From positions 124,001 through 188,000 of the IMG/VR virus record IMGVR_UViG_3300045051_000720: DNA of 64,000 nt, one strand, 5' to 3'. The position numbers and the translations under genes are program-made. The notes beneath the pieces are model-generated. The model was not told where the DNA came from. It was given only the letters and a program-made list of their open reading frames with translations, and ran no database searches. How positions within the stretch are numbered: position 1 is the stretch's first letter; each line of letters starts with the position of its first letter. This document shows, one piece after another, positions 31,624 through 41,282 of this stretch.

Positions 31624-32120
31624 CCTACGACCCCCACGTCTGGCTGGTATGGAGCCGGGAACACAACGCTTGGTGGCGACCCGCCGCGGCGGGGTATTGT
31701 ACCAGCGTGCTGGACGCCGGGCGCTTCACGCTTGAAGAGGCCACCGATCACTGCAATCTGCGCTCGCGCGTGGCTGGGGAACAAGACCCCGAGGTGATGA
31801 TCCATGTGGACGATGCCCTCAAGGGACCGCACGGGCTGGATGACTATGCGCAATGCCGAGAGTGGATAGATGAACTGGACCCCCTGCTATGGGTCCCACC
31901 CACCACCAAGACACCCGCGCAGCAGTTCCGCGAGCTGAAGGAAAGCAGCGAACGGTTCCGCTGCGAGGTGATCGACCTGCGTTGTGCCCTCACCCAAGCC
32001 GAAGCTGAACTACGTGTGGGCGATAAATACTCGGTCTTGGCTGCGCTCCAGACCATCCGAGACGCTCTCGCCGCACAGGTGCCGCGCGAACCGGCCAATG
32101 GGACGGGATGGAAAAGCTAA
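31620..32120 (+). CDS. Hypothetical phage protein
   Basis: WLVWSREHNAWWRP..GY..AGRF, a motif common in phage hypotheticals; ATGA-coupled. Confidence 0.7.
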   Translation: MTYDPHVWLVWSREHNAWWRPAAAGYCTSVLDAGRFTLEEATDHCNLRSRVAGEQDPEVMIHVDDALKGPHGLDDYAQCREWIDELDPLLWVPPTTKTPAQQFRELKESSERFRCEVIDLRCALTQAEAELRVGDKYSVLAALQTIRDALAAQVPREPANGTGWKS

Positions 32121-32326
32121 TGGGCTTCGCACTTCCAACTTGTCAGCCTCCCACCCGCTGCTACGGCTGCCGTCATGGTGAGGTTTGGACAAACCCCGCT
32201 GGTCATGCCACCCTATGGTGCAACCGAGCCCAGCGCGCGGCGCGGGTGAAGCGCAGCAAGGCTTTGTTTACCGTAGCCCAGCTCAACTCAACCCCTCGCC
32301 CGAAGTGGTGCCCGCTTTCTTCATGA
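32108..32326 (+). CDS. Hypothetical Cys-motif protein
   Basis: C..C, WC, P.WCP; coupled to the next gene. Confidence 0.6.
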   Translation: MEKLMGFALPTCQPPTRCYGCRHGEVWTNPAGHATLWCNRAQRAARVKRSKALFTVAQLNSTPRPKWCPLSS

Positions 32327-32754
32327 CTCCTGACCAATCCGATCCTCTCCCTGACTCTGGCCAACGCGCCCAGTTCGCAACCGGCGCAGTGCGCGATCTT
32401 TCCCTTGGGAAGGGTCACTTTCACTCGATCCCTCCCATCGCTTTGCGTAAGCTGGCGAAGCGGTTCGAGGACGGCGCACGGAAGTACGCTAAAAATAATT
32501 TTGCCAAAGGTATCCCCCTCAGTCACTTCCAAGACAGCTTGACGCGTCATATCCTTGCTTGGGCAGAAGGCGACGAGACCGAAGACCACGCTGGAGCCAT
32601 CTTGTGGAACGCCGCCGTGATGATCTGGACCGACGAGGAAATCAAGGCTGGTCGACTACCCAAAGAGCTGGACGACCTTCTATACCGCAACCGATGCACG
32701 ACTACATCCGCCTCCACTCCGGCCGACGCTTCCACTTCCTCAAGCCCGCGCTGA
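32323..32754 (+). CDS. dATP/dGTP diphosphohydrolase domain protein (DUF5664-like)
   Basis: FATGAVRD..GKG..IP..AL..LA..FEDGARKY..NN..KG..SL.RH..AW.EG..EDHAGA. Confidence 0.85.
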   Translation: MTPDQSDPLPDSGQRAQFATGAVRDLSLGKGHFHSIPPIALRKLAKRFEDGARKYAKNNFAKGIPLSHFQDSLTRHILAWAEGDETEDHAGAILWNAAVMIWTDEEIKAGRLPKELDDLLYRNRCTTTSASTPADASTSSSPR

Positions 32755-33203
32755 ACGAGCTGTGCATCGAGGACGTAGCGCACGCCCTTGCTTACATCTG
32801 CCGATTCACTGGCCACACCCGCCAGCACTACTCGGTAGGGATGCACTCGTGTCTGGTGAGCGACATCCTCCCGCAAGACCTCAAGCTGTGCGGTCTCTTA
32901 CACGATGCAAGCGAAGCATATTGCAACGATCTCGCAGCTCCGCTTAAGGCCGTGCTGCCTCAATATGTCGAGCTGGAGAATCGCGTGCAACGCCTCATCG
33001 CGCGCAAGTGGCGGTTACCCTATCCCTTCCCTGCCGCCGTCAAGACTGCCGATATGACTCTACTGGTCAGTGAGATCCGTGATCTCGTGCCCAAGGGCCA
33101 ATGGAGAGAGTACCCCTACACGCCGCTCGATTATCGGATCAGACCTTGGACGCCTGAGCGCACGCGGCGCGAGTTCATGCGGCGGTTTCGCCGGTTGACA
33201 TGA
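32694..33203 (+). CDS. HD-domain nucleotidase (YfbR-like)
   Basis: IEDVAHALAYICRF.GH..YSVGMHS, LLHDASEAY.ND..PLK. Confidence 0.88.
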   Translation: MHDYIRLHSGRRFHFLKPALNELCIEDVAHALAYICRFTGHTRQHYSVGMHSCLVSDILPQDLKLCGLLHDASEAYCNDLAAPLKAVLPQYVELENRVQRLIARKWRLPYPFPAAVKTADMTLLVSEIRDLVPKGQWREYPYTPLDYRIRPWTPERTRREFMRRFRRLT

Positions 33204-33254
33204 TACGCGTTTCCACGCATAGACACACCCCCTAAACCCTGCTATCCTCTCCCT

Positions 33255-33833
33255 ATGGACCTTCTCGCCTCTCTCATCAAGGGTCTGAAGACCCCTCCCG
33301 AAGACACATCCCTCTGGGGTCGTCTGCTCTCCCACTGGTGGGAGGTCAAGTGGTGGTGGGGGGATCATATCTGGTCACACGCGCCGCGCTGGCTGAGGCA
33401 TAGCTGGAGGTCATTCGCGCGCTGGTGGCACGAGCAGATCACTTGCCGCATCAACCCGCGCCAGCGATGGTTCACCAAGCAGATCCCGCGGACTTGGACC
33501 GAGAAGGAGGAGCTGATCGAGCTATGCCTCTACGCCGCCATCATCCACTTCGTTGAGGGCGAAGACTGCTTCAACACCACCACCATTGACGAACCCCTCG
33601 CGAGCGAGCTGCGTGCCGTATACGACTGGGCCAAAACCGGCCGCGCCGCGGCGTTGGCGGCTCAACAGGCCTCGTGGCATCCCGGTGCATGGGAGATGTG
33701 TGGAGTCACCATCGGCGAGGGCGTGGAGCGGGGGTCCACGGAGGAATATCGCCGTCTTGGCGACGAGATCGAGGCACGGGACACCAGATGGCTTCAGTGG
33801 ATCGTGGTCAACCGCGCGCACCTATGGACCTAG
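33255..33833 (+). CDS. Trp-rich hypothetical protein, leaderless
   Basis: TAGACA-17-TATCCT then 6 nt to ATG. Confidence 0.7.
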   Translation: MDLLASLIKGLKTPPEDTSLWGRLLSHWWEVKWWWGDHIWSHAPRWLRHSWRSFARWWHEQITCRINPRQRWFTKQIPRTWTEKEELIELCLYAAIIHFVEGEDCFNTTTIDEPLASELRAVYDWAKTGRAAALAAQQASWHPGAWEMCGVTIGEGVERGSTEEYRRLGDEIEARDTRWLQWIVVNRAHLWT

Positions 33834-34060
33834 ACGCCTTCACCACCACCGTCCTCTTCGTCGCCGCCATTGGATGGTCGGCGCTGGGCATCGCGATGTG
33901 CCATGAGCTGTACCATCTGGCCCCAACGTGGCGATGGAAGGCGTTTCTCATCGCAGCGGGCGGCCCAGCGGTCTGGGGCGTCGCGCTGTATCGAGGATTC
34001 AAGGCCCTCCGCCATAGGGTTCTTCACCACTTCGGCGTCGACCACTTCAGCTGCTCATGA
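33824..34060 (+). CDS. Small membrane protein
   Basis: Two hydrophobic segments; coupled to the next gene. Confidence 0.6.
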   Translation: MDLDAFTTTVLFVAAIGWSALGIAMCHELYHLAPTWRWKAFLIAAGGPAVWGVALYRGFKALRHRVLHHFGVDHFSCS

Positions 34061-34296
34061 CCCCTCAAGCCATCGCCACTCTCGCCGCCAGTCTGGGGTT
34101 CGACATCACACTGGACGGCGAGACCGTCCGGCTGGACGAGGATGTGTGGGTCTTGGACGATGAGTCGGGGGTCGAAGCGTGGGACAGGTATGTCGAGATC
34201 TGCCGGGTGTTGCACGCCCATGGGCTTGACATGCCCTTTGGTCTCGTTACCATAGAGCACGATCACATCAGCGGTGTAATTACTGCGCCCTTATGA
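34057..34296 (+). CDS. Hypothetical protein
   Basis: ATGA-coupled ORF. Confidence 0.6.
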   Translation: MTPQAIATLAASLGFDITLDGETVRLDEDVWVLDDESGVEAWDRYVEICRVLHAHGLDMPFGLVTIEHDHISGVITAPL

Positions 34297-34303
34297 ACAG
34301 AGC

Positions 34304-34332
34304 TTGACACTCTTGGTCAATCCTGCTATACT
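34304..34332 (+). promoter_or_regulatory. Phage-type promoter driving the second tnpB
   Basis: TTGACA-17-TATACT with GTCAA palindrome; 7 nt to TTG 34340. Confidence 0.8.
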
Positions 34333-34339
34333 GTAACTG

Positions 34340-36109
34340 TTGAAGACTCTCATCTACCGCTTCCGACTTGCTCCTAGCGTGCATCAATGTGCCATGATTG
34401 AGGCGAGTAACACACAACTGTGTCGGGTATGGAATGCTTTAGTAGGTGCCACCAAGCACGCCGAGCACGAATGCAAGCATGGACGCAAGACTTGCGTGGT
34501 CAAGCGATTAACTGATTTGCTGACCCAGAAGAAAGTCGTCGGGATGCGCGCGGCTGCCGTGAAAAAGCTGGCAGAATCCAAAGCAATATCATTAACGGAT
34601 GCCAACAATCTTCTCACCCGCGAGCAGGTCGCCCGTGAGAGTCGCACGATTGTGCGCAAGAATGGAACCAAAGCGCGACGGTGTTCTATTCGTAAGCTGG
34701 CGTTGGCCTATGCCATTGCTACGGTAGGTCATCAGATCAACCGCTTCGGAGTGGAATCCGCCGCGTTTTGGGGAGTGATTGAAAAATTCAAAACCTCTAC
34801 CGCCGACTATCCATTGGGCAAACGGGGTGCGCCCCGATTCAAACGAGTGGGTGATAACGTGTCCATGCAGGCTCAGACCAAGAATCAACACGTCAAGGAG
34901 GGGGTCGTTGACCTATCGCGTTTAGTCGGTTCTAGTTGTTCCTGTGTCCACATGATTCAACACCGCCCGATTCCAGACGGCGCGATTGTCAAGCAGATGG
35001 CCGTGGTTAAGCAAAATGACCGGCTGTTTGTGGCCATCTTTGTTGATGTGCCAGATGCGGCGGCGCAAAAGAGTTTAATGGCAGCTAGTGGAGCGACGGC
35101 TGGTATTGATCCCGGCCGTAAGACGGCAGTGTCGCTCAGTTCTACAGACGGAACAATCCAACAGGTTGTCTCGCCCCCACTCTTGCGGGACAAACGGTTC
35201 ATGCGTCGCACGGCGCGGTTGGCACGCAAGTTGGACAGGCAACGCCGCTTTGCCAATCCAGACCGCTACAATGAGGATGGCACCTTCAAGCGCGGAGCGC
35301 GCGGTGTGTGGGTGACAACCAAGGGAATGACTAAGACCCAAAAGCGTGCGAACGATTTGCGTCGCCGTCTTGTGGATGTACGCACAGAGCACTATCGTCT
35401 CAAAGCGCGCGAAGTGTTGAATCAGTTTGACCACGTTGGGATCGGTACATGGCGGCCCAAGGGTGCGCCGGGTGAAGGACAAGCCAAACGCGCACAGTTG
35501 CGCAAGGACGCAGATAACGCTTTGGGTCAATTCGCGGGTATCCTTCGGGACTATGCTGCGCGCAATGTGACCCCCAAGAAGATCTACGATATCAATGAGG
35601 TCAACACCACCCGTCGTTGCATCAATTGTGGCGAGATGACGGGGCCGAGTGGGTTGTCCAACCTTGGGGTGCGCGAGTGGACGTGTTCCCACTGTGGTGC
35701 CCACCATCAGAGAGACTTTGCTAGTGCGCGAGCTATCGCTCTGCGCACTCAAATCGTGGCCGATACGCATTTGGTTAACGATGGTCCAACGACCAAAATT
35801 CAGCCTGTTCGTTATGCCGCAAAGCGTAACAAACGAAGTGGGTTGGTGGCGACACCAATCAATGTGCCCGTGGAACAGGAAGCGGAGGCCGCGAGGTCCC
35901 GTCTGAGTAAAAACGGTGCTCGTGCGAGTGCCCCAGTGGTAGACCATCCGGCCGATTGCACTCGCGTGCGAAAAGCCAATGCTGACGAAGGCTCTAGCAA
36001 TATCCTCGCGTCAGAGCCAGCTACCAATGCCTGCAAAGGTAACCATCGCTCGCATAGTTGCGCCGTAGAACTTGAGTCCACGGTAGTTGTGGAGGAACAC
36101 TCACTATGA
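34340..36109 (+). CDS. tnpB: Large TnpB/Cas12f-like protein with rearranged RuvC
   Basis: YRFRLAP..CRVWNALV; AGIDPGRK (RuvC-I); HVGIGTW where IED is expected; INEVNTTRRCINCG; WTCSHCG.HHQRD..SARAI; then about 110 aa of low-complexity tail. Confidence 0.85.
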   Translation: MKTLIYRFRLAPSVHQCAMIEASNTQLCRVWNALVGATKHAEHECKHGRKTCVVKRLTDLLTQKKVVGMRAAAVKKLAESKAISLTDANNLLTREQVARESRTIVRKNGTKARRCSIRKLALAYAIATVGHQINRFGVESAAFWGVIEKFKTSTADYPLGKRGAPRFKRVGDNVSMQAQTKNQHVKEGVVDLSRLVGSSCSCVHMIQHRPIPDGAIVKQMAVVKQNDRLFVAIFVDVPDAAAQKSLMAASGATAGIDPGRKTAVSLSSTDGTIQQVVSPPLLRDKRFMRRTARLARKLDRQRRFANPDRYNEDGTFKRGARGVWVTTKGMTKTQKRANDLRRRLVDVRTEHYRLKAREVLNQFDHVGIGTWRPKGAPGEGQAKRAQLRKDADNALGQFAGILRDYAARNVTPKKIYDINEVNTTRRCINCGEMTGPSGLSNLGVREWTCSHCGAHHQRDFASARAIALRTQIVADTHLVNDGPTTKIQPVRYAAKRNKRSGLVATPINVPVEQEAEAARSRLSKNGARASAPVVDHPADCTRVRKANADEGSSNILASEPATNACKGNHRSHSCAVELESTVVVEEHSL

Positions 36110-36149
36110 GTGGGCGAAAGTTCGTTCAATGCGGCCTCACCACATGCGC
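35860..36149 (+). ncRNA. Putative omega-RNA overlapping the tnpB 3' end
   Basis: 11-bp stem 35921-31/35958-68; crossing pairs CTGACG/CGTCAG and GGCTCT/AGAGCC; junction closed by GAACTT/AAGTTC; then TTCAA at 36125-36129. The 5' end is a guess. Confidence 0.6.
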
Positions 36150-38164
36150 CAGACCCTCTGCTACCTTGACACCCCTCGCGCGTGTGTGGACCTCATCGAC
36201 CGGCTCAACGCCGAATATCGCCGCGAGTTCGGGCGCAGGTTGACGGTTGATATGACTCTCACTGTAGGGTCGCACCGTGATTTCCCATCGCGCCGTGATG
36301 GGACACCCCGCGATGAGTACAGCATCACCTTGCACGCGGACCCCGTAACCCAAGCCCCCGAGATCACATGGCTCATATCGAACACCCAGATCCCCGCAGC
36401 GTGAAATGGCTTTACAAGATCCGCACCTATATCGCGCCTCCCATTGAGGTGGGTTCGAGATGGGTGTGTCGCTCAGACAAGGGTAATCCGTTCGTCGAGT
36501 ACGCCTACGAGGTCGAGGCCGTTGAGAACGGCTTCGTGACCTATCGCTATATCCAACCCAAGACTGGGTATCGGTATAGCGAACTCAGTTCACTCAGTGT
36601 CTCGTCTTTCCGCATCTGCTACTGCCCCCTTATCACATGACCATTCCGCTTCTCGACTGGGCCTCGGCCAACCCATGGTTGGCGTTTGGGCTATCGTTCC
36701 CCACCGCCATGGTCATCGTCAGCATGGCATGGCTCGTTGCCGCGTCGTGCGAGAACGCGATGAACCTGATTTTGCGCCTCGTCAATCAGGTGGTCAACGG
36801 GGCAGTCATCCTATTTCGCGGCTACGCTCCCATGCCTGACGAGCCCGAGCCTGACGAACAGAAATGACCCTGCTGGTGGTGTTGGGGGTGTGCATCGTGT
36901 TGGCGTTTTTCAACCATGACGACTGATTTCTTCGGCCTCTTCAATCCGCCCGGTCGGTACGGGAAGGTCATCAACTACGGGAGGACGACCGCCGTCACGT
37001 TGACCGGCTCGCCCGAGTTCCGCGCCAAGGGGTATAATCTGTTTGCGTCCTTCGGCAGCACCGACAGCACGGACCTCCCGGTTATCCGCAAGGCCGACCG
37101 ACCTGACACCGATTGGTTTTGCCTCCCTCTCGCGCGCATCGAGAGCGCGGTGCGGCTGTACCTCTATGGTCAACTGCGACAGGCGGCGCCCAAACGGGAG
37201 ATCCGCGACGAGGAGGGCGACCTCCTTGAGATCGTCTGCGACACCGAGCCCGCGCTGTGGGAGGAGGCAAGTACACTCGCCGCGTGGTTTGTACAGGAGA
37301 TGCCAGCCGACTGGGACGCCATCCCGGCGGACGACTGGGTCACGCTCCCCCATGATGAGTACACCCTCGGCGAGGCGCGGTGCGCGACGCTGCCGGTGGG
37401 GCGAGAGGATTGATTCGGGATTGACTTGACATCGCCGTTCAACCCTGAGACACTCCCTCTATGTTCGATCCCAAATACGGCCCCAACTGGGGCTTCGCCA
37501 TCCCTGACAAACGAGAACGCCCGCCCATCGACATCGACCCGCGCGAGTGGGCTCGACGCACGCAGAGCAAGAGCTACATCCGCCGCATTAAGCGGTCCGT
37601 GCAGTCCGTCGATGGCTACTTTATGCGATGCCGTGGGCGGATGAGGGGACTAACGGGTCACCAGCGCGATGCGTGTCACTATTTCGCTGCCGTCAACACC
37701 GTCGAGGACTACCGCCGTGGGCGTAGTCGGACGGACACCAACGCCGCGCCCAAGGACAGCCTCCTTTACTGATGAACACTACATACCTCCTCCTCACCCT
37801 TATTGTCATTGCCATCGCCGTTGGGGGATGGATCGTGGCAATATATTCCTCCTACAACAGCACGACGGAGACGGTTGGTGTGGCGACTGGCATCATCGGC
37901 TCAATCGTCAGTCTGGCTCTCGTCCTCGCCAGCTTTGGCGGCAATGGTACCCCCACCACCGATGAAACCACCTCCTTCTCTCTCGAACGCACTCCCTACC
38001 GAGTCATCCTCAAAGCGTTTGACCGCGAGGTCACGTTCACCGATGCGTTCACGGTCGCCAATGCGGACCGCATCGAGAGGGTGCGTCGCACCACCCAGCA
38101 CAACGCGTGGGGGTTGGAGGTCGGTAACCCGACCATCGCGGCGGTGTTCAAAGAGACCAAGTGA
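36129..38164 (+). other. Run of small hypothetical CDSs
   Basis: 36129 (or 36144)-36404, 36401-36640, 36637-36867 (TM), 36916-37413, 37461-37772 (promoter TTGACA-17-GACACT at 37426-37454), 37772-38164 (two TM). Confidence 0.7.
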
Positions 38165-38177
38165 TCCCTCGGGAGGC

Positions 38178-38684
38178 ATGATCCGCCACACTCTCGTCCG
38201 CTTGGTCTCGTTCGGGGCGATCCTTTGGCTGATGGCCGGTGTTGTTCGCGCCCAGCCTACGCAAGCGGACCCCTTTCGTTCGTATCTGGTCAGCGTAGAG
38301 GGGTATCGTCAGGCCCCTTATCGCGATCAGAATCATTGGGCCGTGGGCGTGGGCCACAATTTATCTTCGCACAAACAGCCCGTTCGTACCTACTCCCGCG
38401 CCCAAATCGACTCTTTCTACCAAGACGATCTCGCGATTACCCTGCGCGCGGCGCGGGGTGGGGTAAGGGATTTCGATACGCTGCCCCTCAGTGCGCGGCA
38501 GGTGGTGGTGGGACTCATCTGGACCACCGGCCCGGCTGGATTCAGGGGGTTCACGCGCTTCCGTCAGGCCCTATCCACCCGCGACTACCACGATGCTGCG
38601 CGAGAACTTCGCGCTTCGAAATGGTGGACCCAAGTCGGCCAAGCCCGCGCGCGGCGGGCGTATGAGGCGTTGATGAGACTATGA
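38178..38684 (+). CDS. Phage lysozyme (GH24/T4-like) with signal peptide
   Basis: GGGAGG before ATG; hydrophobic leader ending VRA-QP; VEGYRQAPYRD..WAVGVGH, G..GF..F..AL..Y..AA.E..SKW..QV. Confidence 0.8.
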   Translation: MIRHTLVRLVSFGAILWLMAGVVRAQPTQADPFRSYLVSVEGYRQAPYRDQNHWAVGVGHNLSSHKQPVRTYSRAQIDSFYQDDLAITLRAARGGVRDFDTLPLSARQVVVGLIWTTGPAGFRGFTRFRQALSTRDYHDAARELRASKWWTQVGQARARRAYEALMRL

Positions 38685-40120
38685 TTGACATCACCCGACC
38701 TGTTCAGCTCAATAAGCTTCGCGAGCAACGCGAGGGGTTGCTCCCTACCGGTTATTGGTGCAAGGCATTTCTGCTGGAGGTACCGACCGTAGGACAGACG
38801 CTTCGCGCGGCCCGCTATGAACGTGCGCGCCAGCGTCCCGAGGAGCCGGAGTCGGTCAAGATCGAAGGGCTTTACGTCTCATCCCCCGTACGCACCATCA
38901 CCGAGCGCGAGGACGGGTCGTTGGTGTGCGAGACCATGAACAGCACATGGGCGATTGTTCAGCTTGACAGTGGGGTTCAACCCGCCCAAGATGACACCCA
39001 TGAAGGTCACGCACCCCCAAATCCTGCTCCTCCGCAAGGTGCGGAAGCCCCTGCCCCCGCCAACGGTAGTGATCCCCGACAAGAAGCGCGCGGCGGCGCG
39101 CAAGCGGGTTAAGGTCAAACCATGATCATCGCTCTCATCCTCTGGACGCTCATCGGTGGGTACTGGTACTACCAGACCACCTCCCTCTGGGCGGAGCGTC
39201 TGCTTTGGATCTCCATCCCACTGGGTGGCCCCGGCGTGTGGGTCATGGAGTGGGTGTTTCGGCGGGAGGACGTATGATCCAACCCAACTACCGCCGCGGC
39301 ACGCGTTACTTCTACGTGCATTCCGCCAGCCTTGCCTGTGTTCATCTCGGACTGGGTGAGTCCTTCCGCGTTTATACCAAACGCCCCAGCCCGGCTAGTG
39401 AGTTCCATCGGGTCGAACTGAATGTGGTCCGGACCAAAGCCGAGGCGCGGGCGCTGGAGCGCAAGTGGGCCAAGGTGCGGGCACAGCGTGCGAGTCAGGC
39501 TTCCTCATGAACACCCTTTTCGACGCCATCAACAACGCCTGCGCGGCCCTGCCGGACAACTGGACTGTCCATGTTCACGCTGAGAACGGCGCGGCGTGGG
39601 TTGAGCTGGAGGCACCCGATTTCGAGACCTTCGAGCCGTCGTGTCCCGATGATCCGCTCTCCACACAGATCGAACAGCTCATCGAGTTGGCACAGGCTAA
39701 GGCAAACTGACCATGCCCACGTCACCGCTATCCGAACTGACCCCCGAGCAAATCCAATCCCTGCTTGACCGCACCGATTGGTCCTCCTACTGGTGCGACG
39801 TAGCCGAACGCGTCAACGAGGGGTGTGAGCAGTACGAGCGGGCAAGCGCGGCGACGATTGGGGCACTCCGCTAACGCCCGATCTGAACCCATGCCGATAT
39901 GAAGACATCGCACGAACTCGCGCGGGAGTTGCTCGCGCTGCCCGAGGGTAAGATATGGCATTACGATCCCTCCTATGCGGACTCCGCCACGTGGGAGGAG
40001 GACCACACTGTCGCGGAGCCGGTGATTGAACCACATCTCATCCAGAACGACAGCCGGCGGTACTACCTCATCAAGGGAGACCGCCCTGACTGGGCCAAGG
40101 ACCGCGTGAAACCCCTTTAA
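38681..40120 (+). other. Run of small hypothetical CDSs
   Basis: 38681-39112, 39122-39277 (TM), 39274-39510, 39507-39710, 39713-39874, 39899-40120. Confidence 0.7.
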
Positions 40121-40124
40121 TCCT

Positions 40125-40295
40125 ATGCTCAACTACGCCCTCGTCTTCCTCGTCATCGCGATCCTATCTGGTGTCCTCGGCTTTGGGGTGCTGGTTGGCA
40201 CCGCCGCGCTCGTCGCGAAGGTGAGCTTCGTTGCCTTTCTAGTCCTGTTCCTGTACGCCCTGTTCGGGGGCGAACTGCCATCCAATGAACCCTAA
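40125..40295 (+). CDS. DUF1328 (UPF0391/YtjA-like) small membrane protein, not in the ORF track
   Basis: Translated by hand: [56 protein letters not shown]. Confidence 0.85.
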   Translation: MLNYALVFLVIAILSGVLGFGVLVGTAALVAKVSFVAFLVLFLYALFGGELPSNEP

Positions 40296-40557
40296 TCCAC
40301 TCAACCAACCCGGCGACGTAATCGCCTACCCGAAACTCGGGCGCGGGCAATGGGTCGTTGTCGCGACCTGCATGACAGGTGGCGGGACAGGTCACGGGCC
40401 GGGCGATGTGTACCCAGACGGTCACCAGCTCATCTTGCGGCGGCTCAAGGGTGATGTCGTTGACTGGACGGTGCCCGAGAAGCGGTTCTATCAATCGGGG
40501 TCTTTTGTCGACAGTGTGATGCTGCCTTACCTCAAGCCAGTCAGGAGGTTGGGATGA
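40285..40557 (+). CDS. Hypothetical protein
   Basis: Overlaps the upstream gene and is coupled to the next. Confidence 0.65.
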   Translation: MNPNPLNQPGDVIAYPKLGRGQWVVVATCMTGGGTGHGPGDVYPDGHQLILRRLKGDVVDWTVPEKRFYQSGSFVDSVMLPYLKPVRRLG

Positions 40558-40757
40558 TCACTCTCGAAGGGGGCAAGTACACGGTTGAACTGGCGCCTGA
40601 TGGGCGTCTTCGCGCCCTCCGCCACGGCAAGGAGTGGCGAGACCTGACGGGCGACAAGCTGGTTTTGGCGTTGGTGCACGAGGTGGAGAGGCTGCGCGGC
40701 AAACACACTGCCCGCCAATATATCGACGGCGAGGACGATCACGGGGCGGCGTGGTAG
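40554..40757 (+). CDS. Hypothetical protein
   Basis: GKYTV..G.LRALRHG.EWRDL.GDKLVLAL motif seen in phage hypotheticals. Confidence 0.65.
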   Translation: MITLEGGKYTVELAPDGRLRALRHGKEWRDLTGDKLVLALVHEVERLRGKHTARQYIDGEDDHGAAW

Positions 40758-41282
40758 AGACTACGTATTTTCCACACCCCCGCACGCGTGCAAAACCGTG
40801 CGATTTGCATTTTTAGCCTTGACCAGACGCCTTGCCTCTGGCACTATCTCTTTCCATCGTGACTCCCCAAACGGTCTGCTGTCCAGCTCCGCCGCCTTGC
40901 TGGACTAGCCAAGCTTCTTATTCGCGCGGTACGTTGAGGATCATTCAGGTGGTCCTCCCCTGTTCGGTGCATTATGTGCTCACTCTCAACCACATGCCCA
41001 TTGCCGACGATGACGACATCACCCCCCTTGTCCGTCTAGCCGAACACGAGTGGGCGGAGTGCTCAAGCGCGCGCCGCGCGGGATAGAGCACGTCACCGTG
41101 CAGGATAGCGGTCGGAGTAAGTATAGTCCCCTACCTCACGATCAGCCCTTCGCTGATTGTTGTTGACAACGGGGTCTGGTAGAGTAGCGTCCATGCACTC
41201 ATCCAACCTCGGATCACCACTGGCAACCACCCACGACGGGCGGCCCGGTGAATGGTTCGGGACTTGGCGATGAGGATACTCA

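Noticed and set aside
34340-36300. Type V CRISPR-Cas (Cas12f or CasPhi) locus
   Set aside because: No repeat-spacer array or cas genes nearby; the omega-RNA-like 3' structure fits TnpB.
40758-41282. Second large ncRNA in the 520-nt gap
   Set aside because: Few convincing stems; it contains promoter-like sequence and short possible ORFs, so it is more likely a regulatory region.
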